Notes: generated from the letters alone by a model not told the origin. A DNA stretch of 64,000 nucleotides from Macrostomum hystrix (GCA_950097015.1 CATNEN010000003.1:1116001-1180000); one strand, 5' to 3'; counted from the stretch's first letter, positions 25,690-39,175 are shown. Translations and numbers: made by a program.

Positions 25690-27520
25690 CTACACTCTGC
25701 TCTCCATCCTATTATCTCCGTCAAATAATTGTTCTTCAGCATCAGAATGGGCACTTTTTGCCTGTCCGCCGTCTGGTATCGTCTCCCGGAGCTGAACACT
25801 TCTCCTTTGATGGCTTCGACACAAAAACTTGACAATGAAAAATACAAGGACAGCATTGCAGAGTGCGAATAGAACCAAGACAGGGACGAGTATTTCTAGG
25901 CGCAGTCGTCCCACCGGGACCTCGCGCGGGGCCAACAGTGACGCGAGTTGCTGGGCGCGCCAATCACTGCAGCTCTCCCACTGCGGCAGGTCTGTGCTCG
26001 GCTTCTCAGGGAAGCTCATCAGGGACGGCATCGGCTGGCTGCAGTCGTCAAAGTCTAGAACTACAGATTGGAGCTTGTCGACTCTGAGAGACACGCAGAC
26101 GCCTGGTCGACTGACAGCTCTGGAGTCAAACGGAACACGCGGTGAAATGATGTTTGTCGCTTCTTTCGTTTCCTTATGCCTACATCTTGGAAGACTGGAT
26201 CGGGGATTTTCTAAACAGATCACTCTCCTGCCATCTGAGCTGTCGTTTCAGTACGATTAGTTCACTTCTCTTTACTCAACAATGAAATAGTTCAGGTATC
26301 TATCTATATACTCGGACCAGTAGGATGAATAGTGACGTACCTGATGTCATTGAGACCGGAGAAATTCATCAGCTGACAGCCACTGCGTGCGCGTACGATG
26401 GAGAGAATTGTGCCATCGACTCTCCTGCGGAACATGCCGACACGTACAGGTTGACTCAGGTTGAGTGGCGGTTTGTAGAGATACGAAAATTTCCTGACCG
26501 CATCTGACATGTTTTAAAGAGTAAATCGTTTCAGTTAGCCCATGGCACAGTTTGAATGCGCATTTAATTGTGAAATCAACACTCACTGGAAGAAACGAAC
26601 TCTTTTATCTCGTCGAAGCTGGTGAAGCTGCCCAGCTGCGCGTCTCCACCGACGCTAGACATGACTTCCGTTAAATTCTGGAGCACTTGGCTGACAGCGT
26701 AACAGTTGCCTCGGAATTTGAGCATGGTTCGACTGCACAATGGTCCATGCGGCATTACCGCTTTTAAGCTGACTGACTGTGTGGCTAGATCAGCACTCTG
26801 GCTGATAAAGCCATCTTTCTCCTTTTTCAGTGCGACTTCAACTGTCATTTGGCTAAATAAAATAGATTTTAGGAATGAATTGCATCTCCATGTTAAATGG
26901 AAAACTAATTTGAGGCAAAAACTATATACTTACCTATCTGTCACGGGAAGCACTCGAAACATTCCAGGAAAAGCCCGCTGCCAAGACGTCGAGCCCGTCG
27001 TCACTGTTGAGAAAAAGAGAAGAAATATTTCTGGAGAATGCCTCTTGTCGCGCATACAAGTTGATATTCTTCAGGAACTCACCATCACCGGCTGGTTTGG
27101 CGAGCTTATACTCAAGTGTAGTCGCTTCCGAGCCTGCCATGTTCGGGATGCCTTGAAGAAGCAACTGCCTGGACTCATTGAGGCCATCAAATGTGAGCTG
27201 CCATTCGCTGCAATCTACTGCGGGCAGCTCATCAGGTGTAGATGGTATCAGCAGCTCTTCCGTGAAGCCTGATGCTACCATTCCAATATGTTTCACTGAG
27301 TGTCCTGACTCACAGTAGTGTCTGCCCGCGTGTGAACTGGAGTGGTAATTCAAACCCGAAGCTAAAAACTCCCCATTGAACAAATCACCTAGCTGAAATC
27401 AGAATTTAAATAGGTTCCAAATTCTCACCGACAAAAAAGTAGAACCAGCGCCAATAACATTGCTAATACTATTTTTCCTGTAGGCCTTCTCCGAGCTGTT
27501 CTAAGCAGTGCCAGAGTCAT
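25690..27520 (-). CDS. Family A receptor copy A5
   Basis: Signal exon MTLALLRTARRRPTGKIVLAMLLALVLLFC. Then HYCESGH...DCSEWQLTF, LCSRTMLKFRGNCYAVS...AQLGSF, YLYKPPLNLSQPVRVGMF and TM ILVPVLVLFALCNAVLVFFIV. C-terminus ESRV. Confidence 0.78.
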
Positions 27521-28396
27521 TTGAATGATCTGTAATTCATTCGAGTCTTCGATTAAAAATAGACAAGCTATGAGCAAAGTAAGCTTGCCAAACTTACCTG
27601 TGCTGGCCGATGAGTGAAGACTAATATGGTTTTCATCGCAGACAGCTTATGGAAGAATTTCAATTGCCAGTTTAGATATGTGTGTTCTAAAAATAGCTAA
27701 CGTCCACGCTCTTCTTGGGCAGACACGGAATGGACGAGTTAAATATACCGCACAAGGAAACCCCGCGGAATTTGCGGGCCAGTCTGAGGCATCGGCAAGA
27801 AATTTCCGAGGATTTCCCAAGGTTTTTTCTAGCTACCTAATATGGAATGAAGCCACTACTGTAAACTACTGTAGATTTAAATTCGGTTTATTAAGTTACA
27901 TTTTCTAGTAGCTCCCGTATAACATAATTCGTTGTAATAAGCAATTCATGTTATGCTGACAGTACTATATGTATCGCTTTTGTATTGAGAAAAGGCAGGA
28001 TTTCTTAGAGCACGCACTGAATTCTAAGTGGCAAATTGGCATTAATACAAGGAAAAAGCCACAAAACTGACTTACAAAATCTGAATAAAAAATTCATAAT
28101 AAATGAGACTAAAATTTGGCTAAGCGACTCGTTCAAATGAAGGAAAAATAATAAGAACATAAAAAACGTATCATAAAAATCGTTACATTCAATGCTAGAC
28201 TTTTTAATTTATTGACGATCATTTTAATGAGTAAATTCTGAAATTTCTGCTGTGCCGTGGTTACTGGCTTTCAGCACTCTCCAGAAATAGATTGTTTACC
28301 TTGCCACGGTTAATTATTAGTAAAAGTTGCTCAGTCTTTGAGCTCCGTGCAATGGCAGCTATGCTACATCTGCAGCCAAAGCATCAGCGCATTATG

Positions 28397-31300
28397 TTAT
28401 TGAACCGTGCGCCTGCGATAGGACACAAGTGTGAATCCGTCAGTTTCGAAGTGACCAGCGGGCTCATTAAATATTTCGTCTTCGTCAGTGAGTTCGGCTT
28501 CGCCTGGGTCCTCTGAGTTGCTCTGCTCAACTATATCGGTCAGCGTCACGAAGACTGGCTCCTGGCGTTGAGGCTAGGAGAATCAAAAGAAACGGGAAAC
28601 AACATAAACAAAATAAAGGCGATTTGTTTTATCGAAATTGTAAGAATTTTTACAGCAGCAGTCTGCCGTGTAAACCCCATTCCTATTCCTAATTAAGAAC
28701 TATCCAATAATTATTAGATAAATATAATCATGCAAAATAGTCCAGAACCTATCAGCTGATATCTTCCCTGACAGATTCTGTAAGACTATGAAAAAATGTT
28801 ACCTGCAGCTGATAAGCACCGGGCATGACCATCGTTGACTCGGTGAGGAGCTGACTGCTCAGCGCACCGCTTCCAAAAGCACTGCAGCTGGTTTCAAACT
28901 GGCTGCCCGAATCGACCCCGGGCTGACGCTGGCACTGAGACAGCTTGCGGATGACGACAAACCCAAAGGCAGATAGGACAAATAGCAAGACACTGACGAA
29001 GATCCAGCAATGACCAATCAGTTCTTGAAATTTTCCTTAATTTGATAAACGATCTCCAGTGTCAAGTAAGCATTACTAAGGCATTACTGAGCGTTACAAG
29101 CTCAATATTGCGGTAATGGACTCACTTCTGTGAGGGGGAACTCGAGCCTTCACATCCGGGTACAGCAGGCCGGACTGGTTGACACTGCACTTCACCAGCC
29201 AGTCCTGCTGGTCTATATCTTCTGGGACCCTCAGCCGGTGAGTGCTGTTGAAGCCGTCCTGCTGCAATGGCAGGGAAACGCATTGAGCTTTCATCCTAAG
29301 GCTCAGCAGTGTCGGTTGGAACTCACGCTCAAAAGTTTCAGGTGCGTGAAGTTTTCTTGTCCAGTCGATCGAAGCCAGCAGCTGTGACTGACGTTCCAGT
29401 AGCTGCACCTAAGAGACGACACTCGGACCAGGTGAGATTCACTCAGGCTGATGTTGGTCTGGCAGGGTTCTGGAATTCGGATGTGGAATTACTGCTCAGA
29501 ACACTGCTCAGAACACTGCTCAGAACACTGCTCAGAACACTGCTCAGGACACTGCTCAGGACACTGCTCAGGACACTGCTCAGAACACTGCTCAGGACAC
29601 TGCTCAGAACATTGCTCAAAACACTGCTCAGGACACTGCTCAAAACACTGCTTAGGACACTGCTTAGAACACGGCTCAGAACATTGCTCAGGACACCGCT
29701 CAGAACACTGCTCAGGACACTGCTTAGAACACTGCCTTGGACACTACTTAATAGCTGAAGACTGCTGAAATGAGGCTCGGCATGAGTTTACTCACCACTC
29801 ACTGCTGAAATGTTAAATGCTTCACCGCGCAATGCAACATTTGAATCAGTGCTAATTCGATTCCTCAATCTGGTGCCGCAATTCAAGGTGCCATTCTGCA
29901 TAGCAGCAGAGACGGTGAATGTGAGCTGTGATTTTTGTGTCGCAACAGTTTTATTATGGCTGTTTGCCGTCACAAATATTTGAGTCTAAAATTAGTTGAT
30001 TTTAGTGCATGCAGTTCGAGTTAAACTTTCAGTTTCTGGACCAACTGGTGCCCCAAATGTCAGTTTCTACTCACGAATGCAAACTCACAGAATTGATTTC
30101 CAAATTCCAGGTGGAATTGCCAGAAAAGATGCGGCATTGGTGCAGCTGAGCTGGGTAGCCGAGAAACGAGGTGAAACTCACCGACACAGTGCGGCCTGAC
30201 ACCCACACTGGAGACACCGATAGGCTAGTTCTCATCGGGTTTACTGAAATTGTTGATTAATGTTAAAGGGGACATGCAGCACCTTTTTGCTGGTGAAATC
30301 ATTTTCGGATTTTTGTGTGCTCAATCTCACCGACATTGTTCTCAGCCTATTGTTCTCTCAGTGCTCACAGTCACAGACCATCAGCTGCTCTCACCAACAA
30401 TGCCTATTGTTCTCTCAGTGCTCACAGTCACAGACCATCAGCTGCTCTCACCAACAATGCCTATTGTTCTCTCAGTGCTCACAGTCACAGACCATCAGCT
30501 GCTCTCACCAACAATGCCTATTGTTCTCTCAGTGCTCAGAGCAGGTGAGTCCGCCAGCTCGCAGCTCAGAGTTGCTCCGTGAAGGCCGAAGTTGGCGGTG
30601 AATTGAAAGTCAGCGGGCAGAGTTCCACTCGGACTCAGCTGCAGGGGAGGGGAATTTTAGCTGCAGGAGGCGCCTCAGGAATCGAGTTTGAGACTGGCCT
30701 ACCTGCTGCACTGGCACTGATGAACCGTTCCTCAGAGTGAAGGCGCACCTGACCCGTCCGCTCCGGCAACTCGTCACCGAGAAGCAGACGCCGGCTCCAT
30801 CCTTCAATGCTGACAGGTCAGTGTAAGGACAGCCTGATATTGAGTCATTTCTCACTGCCAGGCTCAGCGGTGCGGAGCGGCCTGAAATCATTCAAATATT
30901 GACAGCCTTTATGAGCAATGCTCCATGCAGATGATGTCTTAAAGACAAAGCTGAGTGATAGTAATGACAACGACCTGTTAAATTGATGCCAGACCAGTCC
31001 ATGGACCCGTTTCTTGCGCTGAGCAAAACGTAGCTAAATGGCTGAGGTGCGAAGGGTGCCAGAAGTTGAAAATTAGGATAAACTGCAAACATAAAGGAAA
31101 TGACCCATCTGCTAAGACTTGTGTGCTTCATACTTTTTTTGTTTCGTTCTTGACTTCACCGAGCTGCCTCCAGCGGTCGCTGCTGCCGAAGGCCTCCCAG
31201 CTGGCGCGGCACGGATCCTCCAGCTGCAGCTCTAGCGGGAGGCTCGCGGCTCCGAGCGCCGACACGAGCGAGCCGCCCGCACCTGCTGCCTGCAACTGGC

Positions 31301-32062
31301 CATCTGCAACACGAGTGCCATGCTGACAGACTGACTGTCTCAGACTGACTGTCTCAGACTGACTGTCTCAGACTGACTGTCTCAGACTGACTGTCTCAGA
31401 CTGACTGTCTCAGCCTGACTGTCTCAGACTGACTGTCTCAGACTGACTGTCTCAGACTGACTGTCTCAGACTGACTGTCTCAGACTGACTGTCTCAGACT
31501 GACTGTCTCAGACTGACTGTTTCAGACTGACTGTCTCAGACTGATTGTCTCAGACTGACTGTCTCAGACTGACTGTCTCAGACTGACTGTCTCAGACTGA
31601 CTGTCTCAGACTGACTGTCTCAAACTGACTGTCTCAGACTGACTGTCTCAGACTGACTGTCTCAGCATCGGTCATGAGAACAAATGAAGGTCGGCGTCAC
31701 TCACCCCAGCCTCGCACGCTCACCCGATCCAGCACCATCGGCTGCCTCAGCTGCATCACAAGCCACCGAGGCCCGGACCGCACAGCAGCTGGGAATTGGT
31801 TTGTCTTCGACCACCCATTCTGCCACCGCTGGCAGTCACCGTCCGGCTGCCAGGTGCGCACAATGTCCGATTGGCTCAGCTGTTTCATAGCTGCATGATT
31901 TTTTGAGGGAGGCTCATTGGCAAAATCTTGTGGCTTGATTAATTACTTCCTCGACTAAATTTGTGCCTCACCTGGGTGTTGTGAGCAGCTGGTTCGGGAG
32001 CTTGATGGCAACATCAAAATAATGATTGTCAGCAGCAGCTGCTGCAACCGTCTTTGACGCAT
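28397..32062 (-). CDS. Family B receptor copy B1: signal peptide + discoidin/F5-8C-like domain + Ig-like domains + TM + acidic tail
   Basis: Signal exon MRQRRLQQLLLTIIILMLPSS. RWLVMQLRQPMVLDRVSVRG is discoidin-like. Ig-like strands FQFTANFGLHGATLSC, SQLTFTVSAAMQNGTLNC and STHRLRVPEDIDQQDWLVKCSV. TM WIFVSVLLFVLSAFGFVVI. The last exon ends DEDEIFNEPAGHFETDGFTLVSYRRRTVQ*. Not all internal exon boundaries are resolved. Confidence 0.7.
29491..29745. repeat. 12-bp minisatellite ACTGCTCAG(A/G)AC, intronic in B1
   Basis: About 21 tandem units between the donor after NISAVS and the acceptor before EPCQTNISL. Confidence 0.9.
30345..30538. repeat. 57-bp tandem repeat (~3.4 copies) spanning an exon/donor junction of B1
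   Basis: Unit CCTATTGTTCTCTCAGTGCTCACAGTCACAGACCATCAGCTGCTCTCACCAACAATG. Confidence 0.9.
31326..31665. repeat. 14-bp minisatellite CAGACTGACTGTCT in B1 intron 2
   Basis: About 24 units. The same repeat sits in the equivalent intron of B2 (52555-52710). Confidence 0.92.
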
Positions 32063-32511
32063 ATTTGTTAGCTACTTATCTCTAAGAAGATTATTTTACT
32101 CCAATCCGATCATTTAAGCCACTACGGGATGGATGGGTCTATGCGACTGTGGCATTGATGTTTTCCCAAGTACATACTTTAATAACAGCGCTTAAACAGA
32201 ACTTCCGTTACACAGGTTAGTGTTGTGCGTACAAAATATTTTTGCGAATATTCATCCTGTGAGCGTTAAGTTAAGATCGTGGCTTTGTAAAACAGCTGAC
32301 AGCCAGCATTTGAACCTTCCTACACACCAGGTTCGTGGGTTGGCGCAAACAACGGATTTGATTGGACGATAAGATAATTTTCAGTTTGCAGAGTAACATG
32401 TGGCTCAGTTGCTAGAATTGTATAAAAAAGCATCACTGCCCATCGCCTTAGTCAAAGCAAGAGAAAGCAAGATGTTGCTGGAGAAAATTTTCTTTCAAGA
32501 ATATACAAATA

Positions 32512-35240
32512 TCTCCGTGTCTCATCTCTCCCATGTCTTATCTCTCGCGTGTCTCATCTCTCCCGTGTCTCATCTCTCCCGTGTCTCATCTCTCCCGTGT
32601 CTCATCTCTCGCGTGTCTCATCTCTCCCGTGTCTCATCTCTCCCGTGTCTCATCTCTCCCGTGTCTCATCTCTCCCGTGTCTCATCTCTCCCGTGTCTCA
32701 TCTCTCCCGTGTCTCATCTCTCCCGTGTCTCATCTCTCCCGTGTCTCATCTCTCGCGTGTCTCATCTCTCCCGTGTCTCATCTCTCCCGTGTCTCATCTC
32801 TCCCGTGTCTCGTCTCTCCCGTGTCTCATCTCTCCCGTGTCTCATCTCTCCCGTGTCTCATCTCTCCCGTGTCTTATCTCTCCCCGTGTCTCATCTCTCC
32901 TGTGTCTTATCTCTCCCTTAACTAATCTCTCCCCAATCTTTTCTCTCCCCTATCTCATCTTTTCTGTAACTCATCTCTCCCCTATCTCATCTTTCCTGTA
33001 ACTAATCTCTCCCTTATCTCATCTCTCCCCTGTCTTATCTTTCCTGTAACTCATCACTCCCGTGTATCATCTCTCCCGTGTCTCATCTCTCCTGTGTCTA
33101 ATCTCTCCCGTGTCTCATCTCTCCCGTGTCTCATCTCTCCCGTGTCTCATCTCTCCCGTGTCTCATCTCTCCCGTGTCTCATCTCTCGCGTGTCTCATCT
33201 CTCCCGTGTCTCATCTCTCCCGTGTCTCATCTCTCCCATGTCTTATCTCTCGCGTGTCTCATCTCTCCCGTGTCTCATCTCTCCCGTGTCTCATCTCTCC
33301 CGTGTCTCATCTCTCGCGTGTCTCATCTCTCCCGTGTCTCATCTCTCCCGTGTCTCATCTCTCCCGTGTCTCATCTCTCCCGTGTCTTATCTCTCGCGTG
33401 TCTCATCTCTCCCGTGTCTCATCTCTCCCGTGTCTCATCTCTCCCGTGTCTCATCTCTCGCGTGTCTCATCTCTCCCGTGTCTCATCTCTCCCGTGTCTC
33501 ATCTCTCCCGTGTCTCATCTCTCCCGTGTCTCATCTCTCCCGTGTCTCATCTCTCCCGTGTCTCATCTCTCCCGTGTCTCATCTCTCCCGTGTCTCATCT
33601 CTCCCGTGTCTCATCTCTCCCGTGTCTCATCTCTCGCGTGTCTCATCTCTCCCGTGTCTCATCTCTCCCGTGTCTCATCTCTCCCGTGTCTCGTCTCTCC
33701 CGTGTCTCATCTCTCCCGTGTCTCATCTCTCCCGTGTCTCATCTCTCCCGTGTCTTATCTCTCCCCGTGTCTCATCTCTCCTGTGTCTTATCTCTCCCTT
33801 AACTAATCTCTCCCCAATCTTTTCTCTCCCCTATCTCATCTTTTCTGTAACTCATCTCTCCCCTATCTCATCTTTCCTGTAACTAATCTCTCCCTTATCT
33901 CATCTCTCCCCTGTCTTATCTTTCCTGTAACTCATCACTCCCGTGTATCATCTCTCCCGTGTCTCATCTCTCCTGTGTCTAATCTCTCCCGTGTCTCATC
34001 TCTCCCGTGTCTCATCTCTCCCGTGTCTCATCTCTCCCGTGTCTCATCTCTCCCGTGTCTCATCTCTCGCGTGTCTCATCTCTCCCGTGTCTCATCTCTC
34101 CCGTGTCTCATCTCTCCCATGTCTTATCTCTCGCGTGTCTCATCTCTCCCGTGTCTCATCTCTCCCGTGTCTCATCTCTCCCGTGTCTCATCTCTCGCGT
34201 GTCTCATCTCTCCCGTGTCTCATCTCTCCCGTGTCTCATCTCTCCCGTGTCTCATCTCTCCCGTGTCTCATCTCTCCCGTGTCTCATCTCTCCCGTGTCT
34301 CATCTCTCCCGTGTCTCATCTCTCCCGTGTCTCATCTCTCGCGTGTCTCATCTCTCCCGTGTCTCATCTCTCCCGTGTCTCATCTCTCCCGTGTCTCGTC
34401 TCTCCCGTGTCTCATCTCTCCCGTGTCTCATCTCTCCCGTGTCTCATCTCTCCCGTGTCTTATCTCTCCCCGTGTCTCATCTCTCCTGTGTCATATCTCT
34501 CCCTTAACTAATCTCTCCCCAATCTTTTCTCTCCCCTATCTCATCTTTTCTGTAACTCATCTCTCCCCTATCTCATCTTTCCTGTAACTAATCTCTCCCT
34601 TATCTCATCTCTCCCCTGTCTTATCTTTCCTGTAACTCATCACTCCCGTGTATCATCTCTCCCGTGTCTCATCTCTCCTGTGTCTAATCTCTCCCCTATC
34701 TCATCTCTCCTGTGTTTAATCTCCCCTATCTCATCTCTCCTGTGTCTCATCTCTCCTCTATCTCATCTCTCCTGTGTTTAATCTCTCCCCAATCTCATCT
34801 CTCCCCAATCTCATCTCTCCTCTATCTCATCTCTCCTCTATCTCATCTCTCCCCTATCTCATCTCTCCTGTGTCTCATCTCTCCTGTGTTTAATCTCTCC
34901 CCAATCTCATCTCTCCCCAATCTCATCTCTCCTCTATCTCATCTCTCCCCTATCTCATCTCTCCCTATCTCATCTCTCCCCTATCTCATCTCTCCCCAAT
35001 CTCATCTCTCCCGTATCTCACTCTCCCGTGTCTCATCTGTCTCATCTCTCCAGTGTCTAATCTCTCCCCTATCTCATCTCTCCAGTGTCTAATCTCTCCC
35101 CTATCTCATCTCTCCTGTGTCTAATCTCTTCCCTATCTCATCTCTTCTGTGTCTAATCTCTCCACTATTTCATCTCTCCCCTGTCTCATCTCTCCCCTGT
35201 CTCATCTCTCCCCTGTCTCATCTATCTCATCTCTTCTCTC
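32512..35240. repeat. 16-bp satellite CATCTCTCCCGTGTCT with higher-order structure
   Basis: 2.7-kb array. A variant block (ACTAATCTCTCCCCAATC) recurs at 32921, 33802 and 34507. Confidence 0.95.
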
Positions 35241-36267
35241 TCGTCAACTTGGACAGCCATGTTAGCAGTCTCGAGATTGTCCTGGGTTAGCACCGCACAA
35301 TAATGAGTAGAAACAGACTGATGGGGGATCTGACTATCCCTGCAGCCCTGTCATCGATCTATTTTCAATTCAATTGTCTGTTTTGCTGCTTAGTAACTTT
35401 CCTTGACTAACGTCCTTCTTTCTCTTTGAGGGGCTTCGACAGAGCTAAAGATAATTGTATCTAGGATAATATTGAGGATCTATGACCTCAATGACTAAGA
35501 TAAAATGTGGGCTTTACTCTTCATCATTTGGCTTTCCCAAAACCGACCCGAAAAGACAGTTTACACAGCAAGCAGAAGAGACTCAGTTAAAGATTGCAAA
35601 TACAAGCAATACAGATTCTATTTTTAGAATAAGTTTCAGGTCTTATGTGCGTGTGCAGTCTACTATAGATATTGTCGGTGTTCTTCTGTACATTGAGGAA
35701 GAGGAGGGACAGAGCGGGAATCCCCGCAGTAAATGGTCAGGAATTCAGGTCTGCATGTCGCCACACGCGATGTACTTGGGTCGTGGGTGGTGGAGGGAAT
35801 CACCGTTAAGAATTTCTGTGGTGAAACGCCAGTGCTACCACTTACAGTAGAAATATCAGGAACAAAATTAACAAAGTAAAAAAATTAAAAAAACTTTTGT
35901 TTAATTTTTACAAAAAAGCACCACGGAAAAAAGCTTTACGCAATACAAAAGCGCGAAATAAAAGTGCGAAAATTATTTACTGTATATATATCTTTATCAG
36001 TAAAAAACTAATCATTGACCACTAATAAGAACTGAATATACAAACAACTAATGCTTGTTTACACTACAAGGTCTAATAGACTAAAATTTACAAGCAATTT
36101 ATTTACGCATTAATCCGTACATGTTAGATGTCAACTGATACCTTAATATGCATGGCTTATTTACTCTGAAAACATTAATTAAAAAGGCATTTTAGCAATT
36201 AGTTGAAGAAAATTACAAATGAGACCTAAAAGTCAATGGCCTCTTACTCATGCAATGCTTAATTTTT

Positions 36268-37116
36268 CATGGACACAGTCGCACTCGCACTCTCACCATC
36301 TACAGGACAAAATGATTCATGGACACAGTTGCACTCGCACTTTCACCATCTACAGGACAAAATGATTCATGGACACAGTCGCACTCGCACTCTCACCATC
36401 TACAGGACAAAATGATTCATGGACACAGTCGCACTCGCACTCTCACCATCTACAGGACAAAATGATTCATGGACACAGTTGCACTCGCACTCTCACCATC
36501 TACAGGACAAAATGATTCATGGACACAGTCGCACTCGCACTCTCACCATCTACAGGACAAAATGATTCATGGACACAGTCGCACTCGCACTCTCACCATC
36601 TACAGGACAAAATGATTCATGGACACAGTCGCACTCACACTCTCACCATCTACAGGACAAAATGATTCATGGACACAGTCGCACTCGCACTCTCACCATC
36701 TACAGGACAAAATGATTCATGGACACAGTTGCACTCGCACTCTCACCATCTACAGGACAAAATGATTCATGGACACAGTCGCACTCGCACTCTCACCATC
36801 TACAGGACAAAATGATTCATGGACACAGTCGCACTCGCACTCTCACCATCTACAGGACAAAATGATTCATGGACACAGTCGCACTTGCACTCTCACCATC
36901 TACAGGACAAAATGATTCATGGACACAGTCGCACTCGCACTCTCACCATCTACAGGACAAAATGATTCATGGACACAGTCGCACTCGCACTCTCACCATC
37001 TACAGGACAAAATGATTCATGGACACAGTCGCACTCGCACTTTCACCATCTACAGGACAAAATGATTCATGGACACAGTCGCACTCGCACTCTCACTATC
37101 TACAGGACAAAATGAT
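36268..37116. repeat. 50-bp minisatellite x17
   Basis: Unit CATGGACACAGTCGCACTCGCACTCTCACCATCTACAGGACAAAATGATT, nearly invariant, no spacers. Confidence 0.95.
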
Positions 37117-37385
37117 CTCAATGGGTCTTCAAATACAATCCTGAAAAAGCATGTAAAGTAAAAAATAGTAGCAAATTAGTATTATACTTACCTACATAGC
37201 ATGGTTGTTGCCAAAATGAAATGATCAAATTGAACTTACAGCTAATGAAGCTGAGATAGCTAAATTAGCGCTGGAGAGAAAACATTAGCGTTTTGCAGTG
37301 ATAAGTGTGAGACGGTCATTTTAACGATATTGCAGAGTGAAGACTTTTGCTGTAGGTTCAAATGATTTTAATGATTAAAAAGTCC

Positions 37386-39175
37386 TTAAACTGAATACAT
37401 GTGGTTGGGTGGCGAAGAAATTAACAGAGATTCTGAGATGGGCTGCTCAGGTAGACACTTATAGGAAGGATGTTCCGAAAGTTTTTGCACATCTCGCACT
37501 GGAATCATACTTTCTTGTCCATTACAATATCTCGATTGCTTTCGTTCTGGAAAATTTCGCCGAGCAATGCTAAACTTTTGCCTGAGTTTGAGGGCTATCA
37601 GGACGGCAGCTACGGTTAAAACAGTTACACAGGAGGCAGCGATTGACAAGGCGGTAGTATATAATTTGGTGGAACCGCTGGATCTCGTCTGATGTGTCCC
37701 AATATCCGATTCAGTCGTCTTTGATAGATTCCTTATGAGATGTGGAACCTTGGCCAGAGCAAGATAAGCTTTACTGCACTGCTCGGAGCTCCCAGTCTCT
37801 GGGAAGCTCAGCAGGGACCTAACCAGCTTCGAACAGATGCTAAACTCAATCACTGGTTTCCCTGACTCTGTCAGGTTAATCATTGCTCCACATGGGCCAG
37901 TACCGCTATCAAGCACTCTGAAATGTGGGTTCAGTCAGTGTTTAAGTTGCCATGGGATTATCCTAGAATGACATAGACTAAATTTAGGGAGTTAGATGGA
38001 CTTACTCAACTTCCGGTCCGGTTGACACTCTAAACTGCTCACAACGACCAGCAGTTCTGACCACGGATAGTAACGAATTATTAGCTGGGCTGCGGAACAA
38101 GCCAATACGGACGGGCCAATTCAGAATCAGAGGCCGCTTGTAGGGATAAACGGTTGATTTGCCGTTATCTGAAGTTAAAGATTATGTAAGCAGAGTTCAA
38201 TACTTTTATAGCTTTTCTATCATCTCATTGATTTTTCTTACTAGCGTCAATCAATGCCCTGATCTCCGTGAGATTGCTGAAGCTGGCGAGCTGAGCGTTG
38301 CCTCTGAAACTTGACAAAGCTCCAGTCAGGTCCTGCCTCGTCTCACTCACATAGTAACAGGTGCCTCGGAAGCTGAGCATATCTTTAGCGCAGTGCCCCT
38401 TAATGGGAAGAACGATTCTCAGGCTGACCTGGCAGGACGCCCGGCGCTTTGGATCCCAGCTGGCTTCAACAACCAGGAAGTCCCTAGGTGTGAAAACAAA
38501 AGGCTTCAATTGCTAGAACTGCTCAAACTCAAAGCTTTTCACAAATCTGTGCAACTATTAATCGAGCGCAAGATGCAGGACAAGCAGCTCACCCGGATCG
38601 CAGAAATATGGTCTGCACCAATCCTGCGGTCACGTTAAATGCAACGCCAGTTGTTGAGGTCACCGTGAGCTGAGATGCCGTCGATCCGTTTTCGGTGGAT
38701 TGGATTTCAATTGGGCCGCTGCCAATGAGAATGAGTTGAGTCAGCTCGCCGATTCCTCTGAACCCGATCGTCCACCTGCAGCTCTTGGCCTGATCCCGAC
38801 TGTCGAGCGGTTCATCAACAACTCTCGGCACGATAGTCTCGTCTCGGTGGTAGAATGAGTCAATATGTATTGTCACCATGTGCCTGTTCGTGCAGTAGTG
38901 GTTGGCGGCCTCGGACCTGCAAATGCCGAATGGGCATCACCTATTTTTGAGAATAATATTTGTTTAGAGAAAAGAAAATGTGTTTCTGGACTGGAGAAGC
39001 GATAAGTAAACTAGAAAATGACTTTGTCTATAGGTGCAGCTAAATATTGCTGATGAGGAAGCTGTTATTTGTGAGCAGTAGTACGAACGAACATGCGCAT
39101 GAGATTTAAGCATTTCATTCCGCACTTACAGTCCACAAATTGTGGTGCTTAGAATCAGCAAGGCGCATTTTTTCT
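37386..39175 (-). CDS. Family A receptor copy A6 (start codon not resolved)
   Basis: Hydrophobic exon KKCALLILSTTICG with a phase-2 donor. Then ANHYCTNRH...SCRWTIGF, HCAKDMLSFRGTCYYVS...AQLASFS, YPYKRPLILNWPVRIGLF, GPCG...EFSICSKLVRSLLSFPE and TM ALSIAASCVTVLTVAAVLIAL. Confidence 0.72.

Noticed and set aside
32400-35092. Long ORFs with SHLSRVSSLPCLISPV repeats
   Set aside because: Stop-free translation of a 16-bp satellite in all three frames, not a gene.
36268-37116. CRISPR-like regular arrays (also 46519-47468)
   Set aside because: Units are contiguous with no unique spacers, there are no cas genes, and the context is eukaryotic. They are minisatellites.
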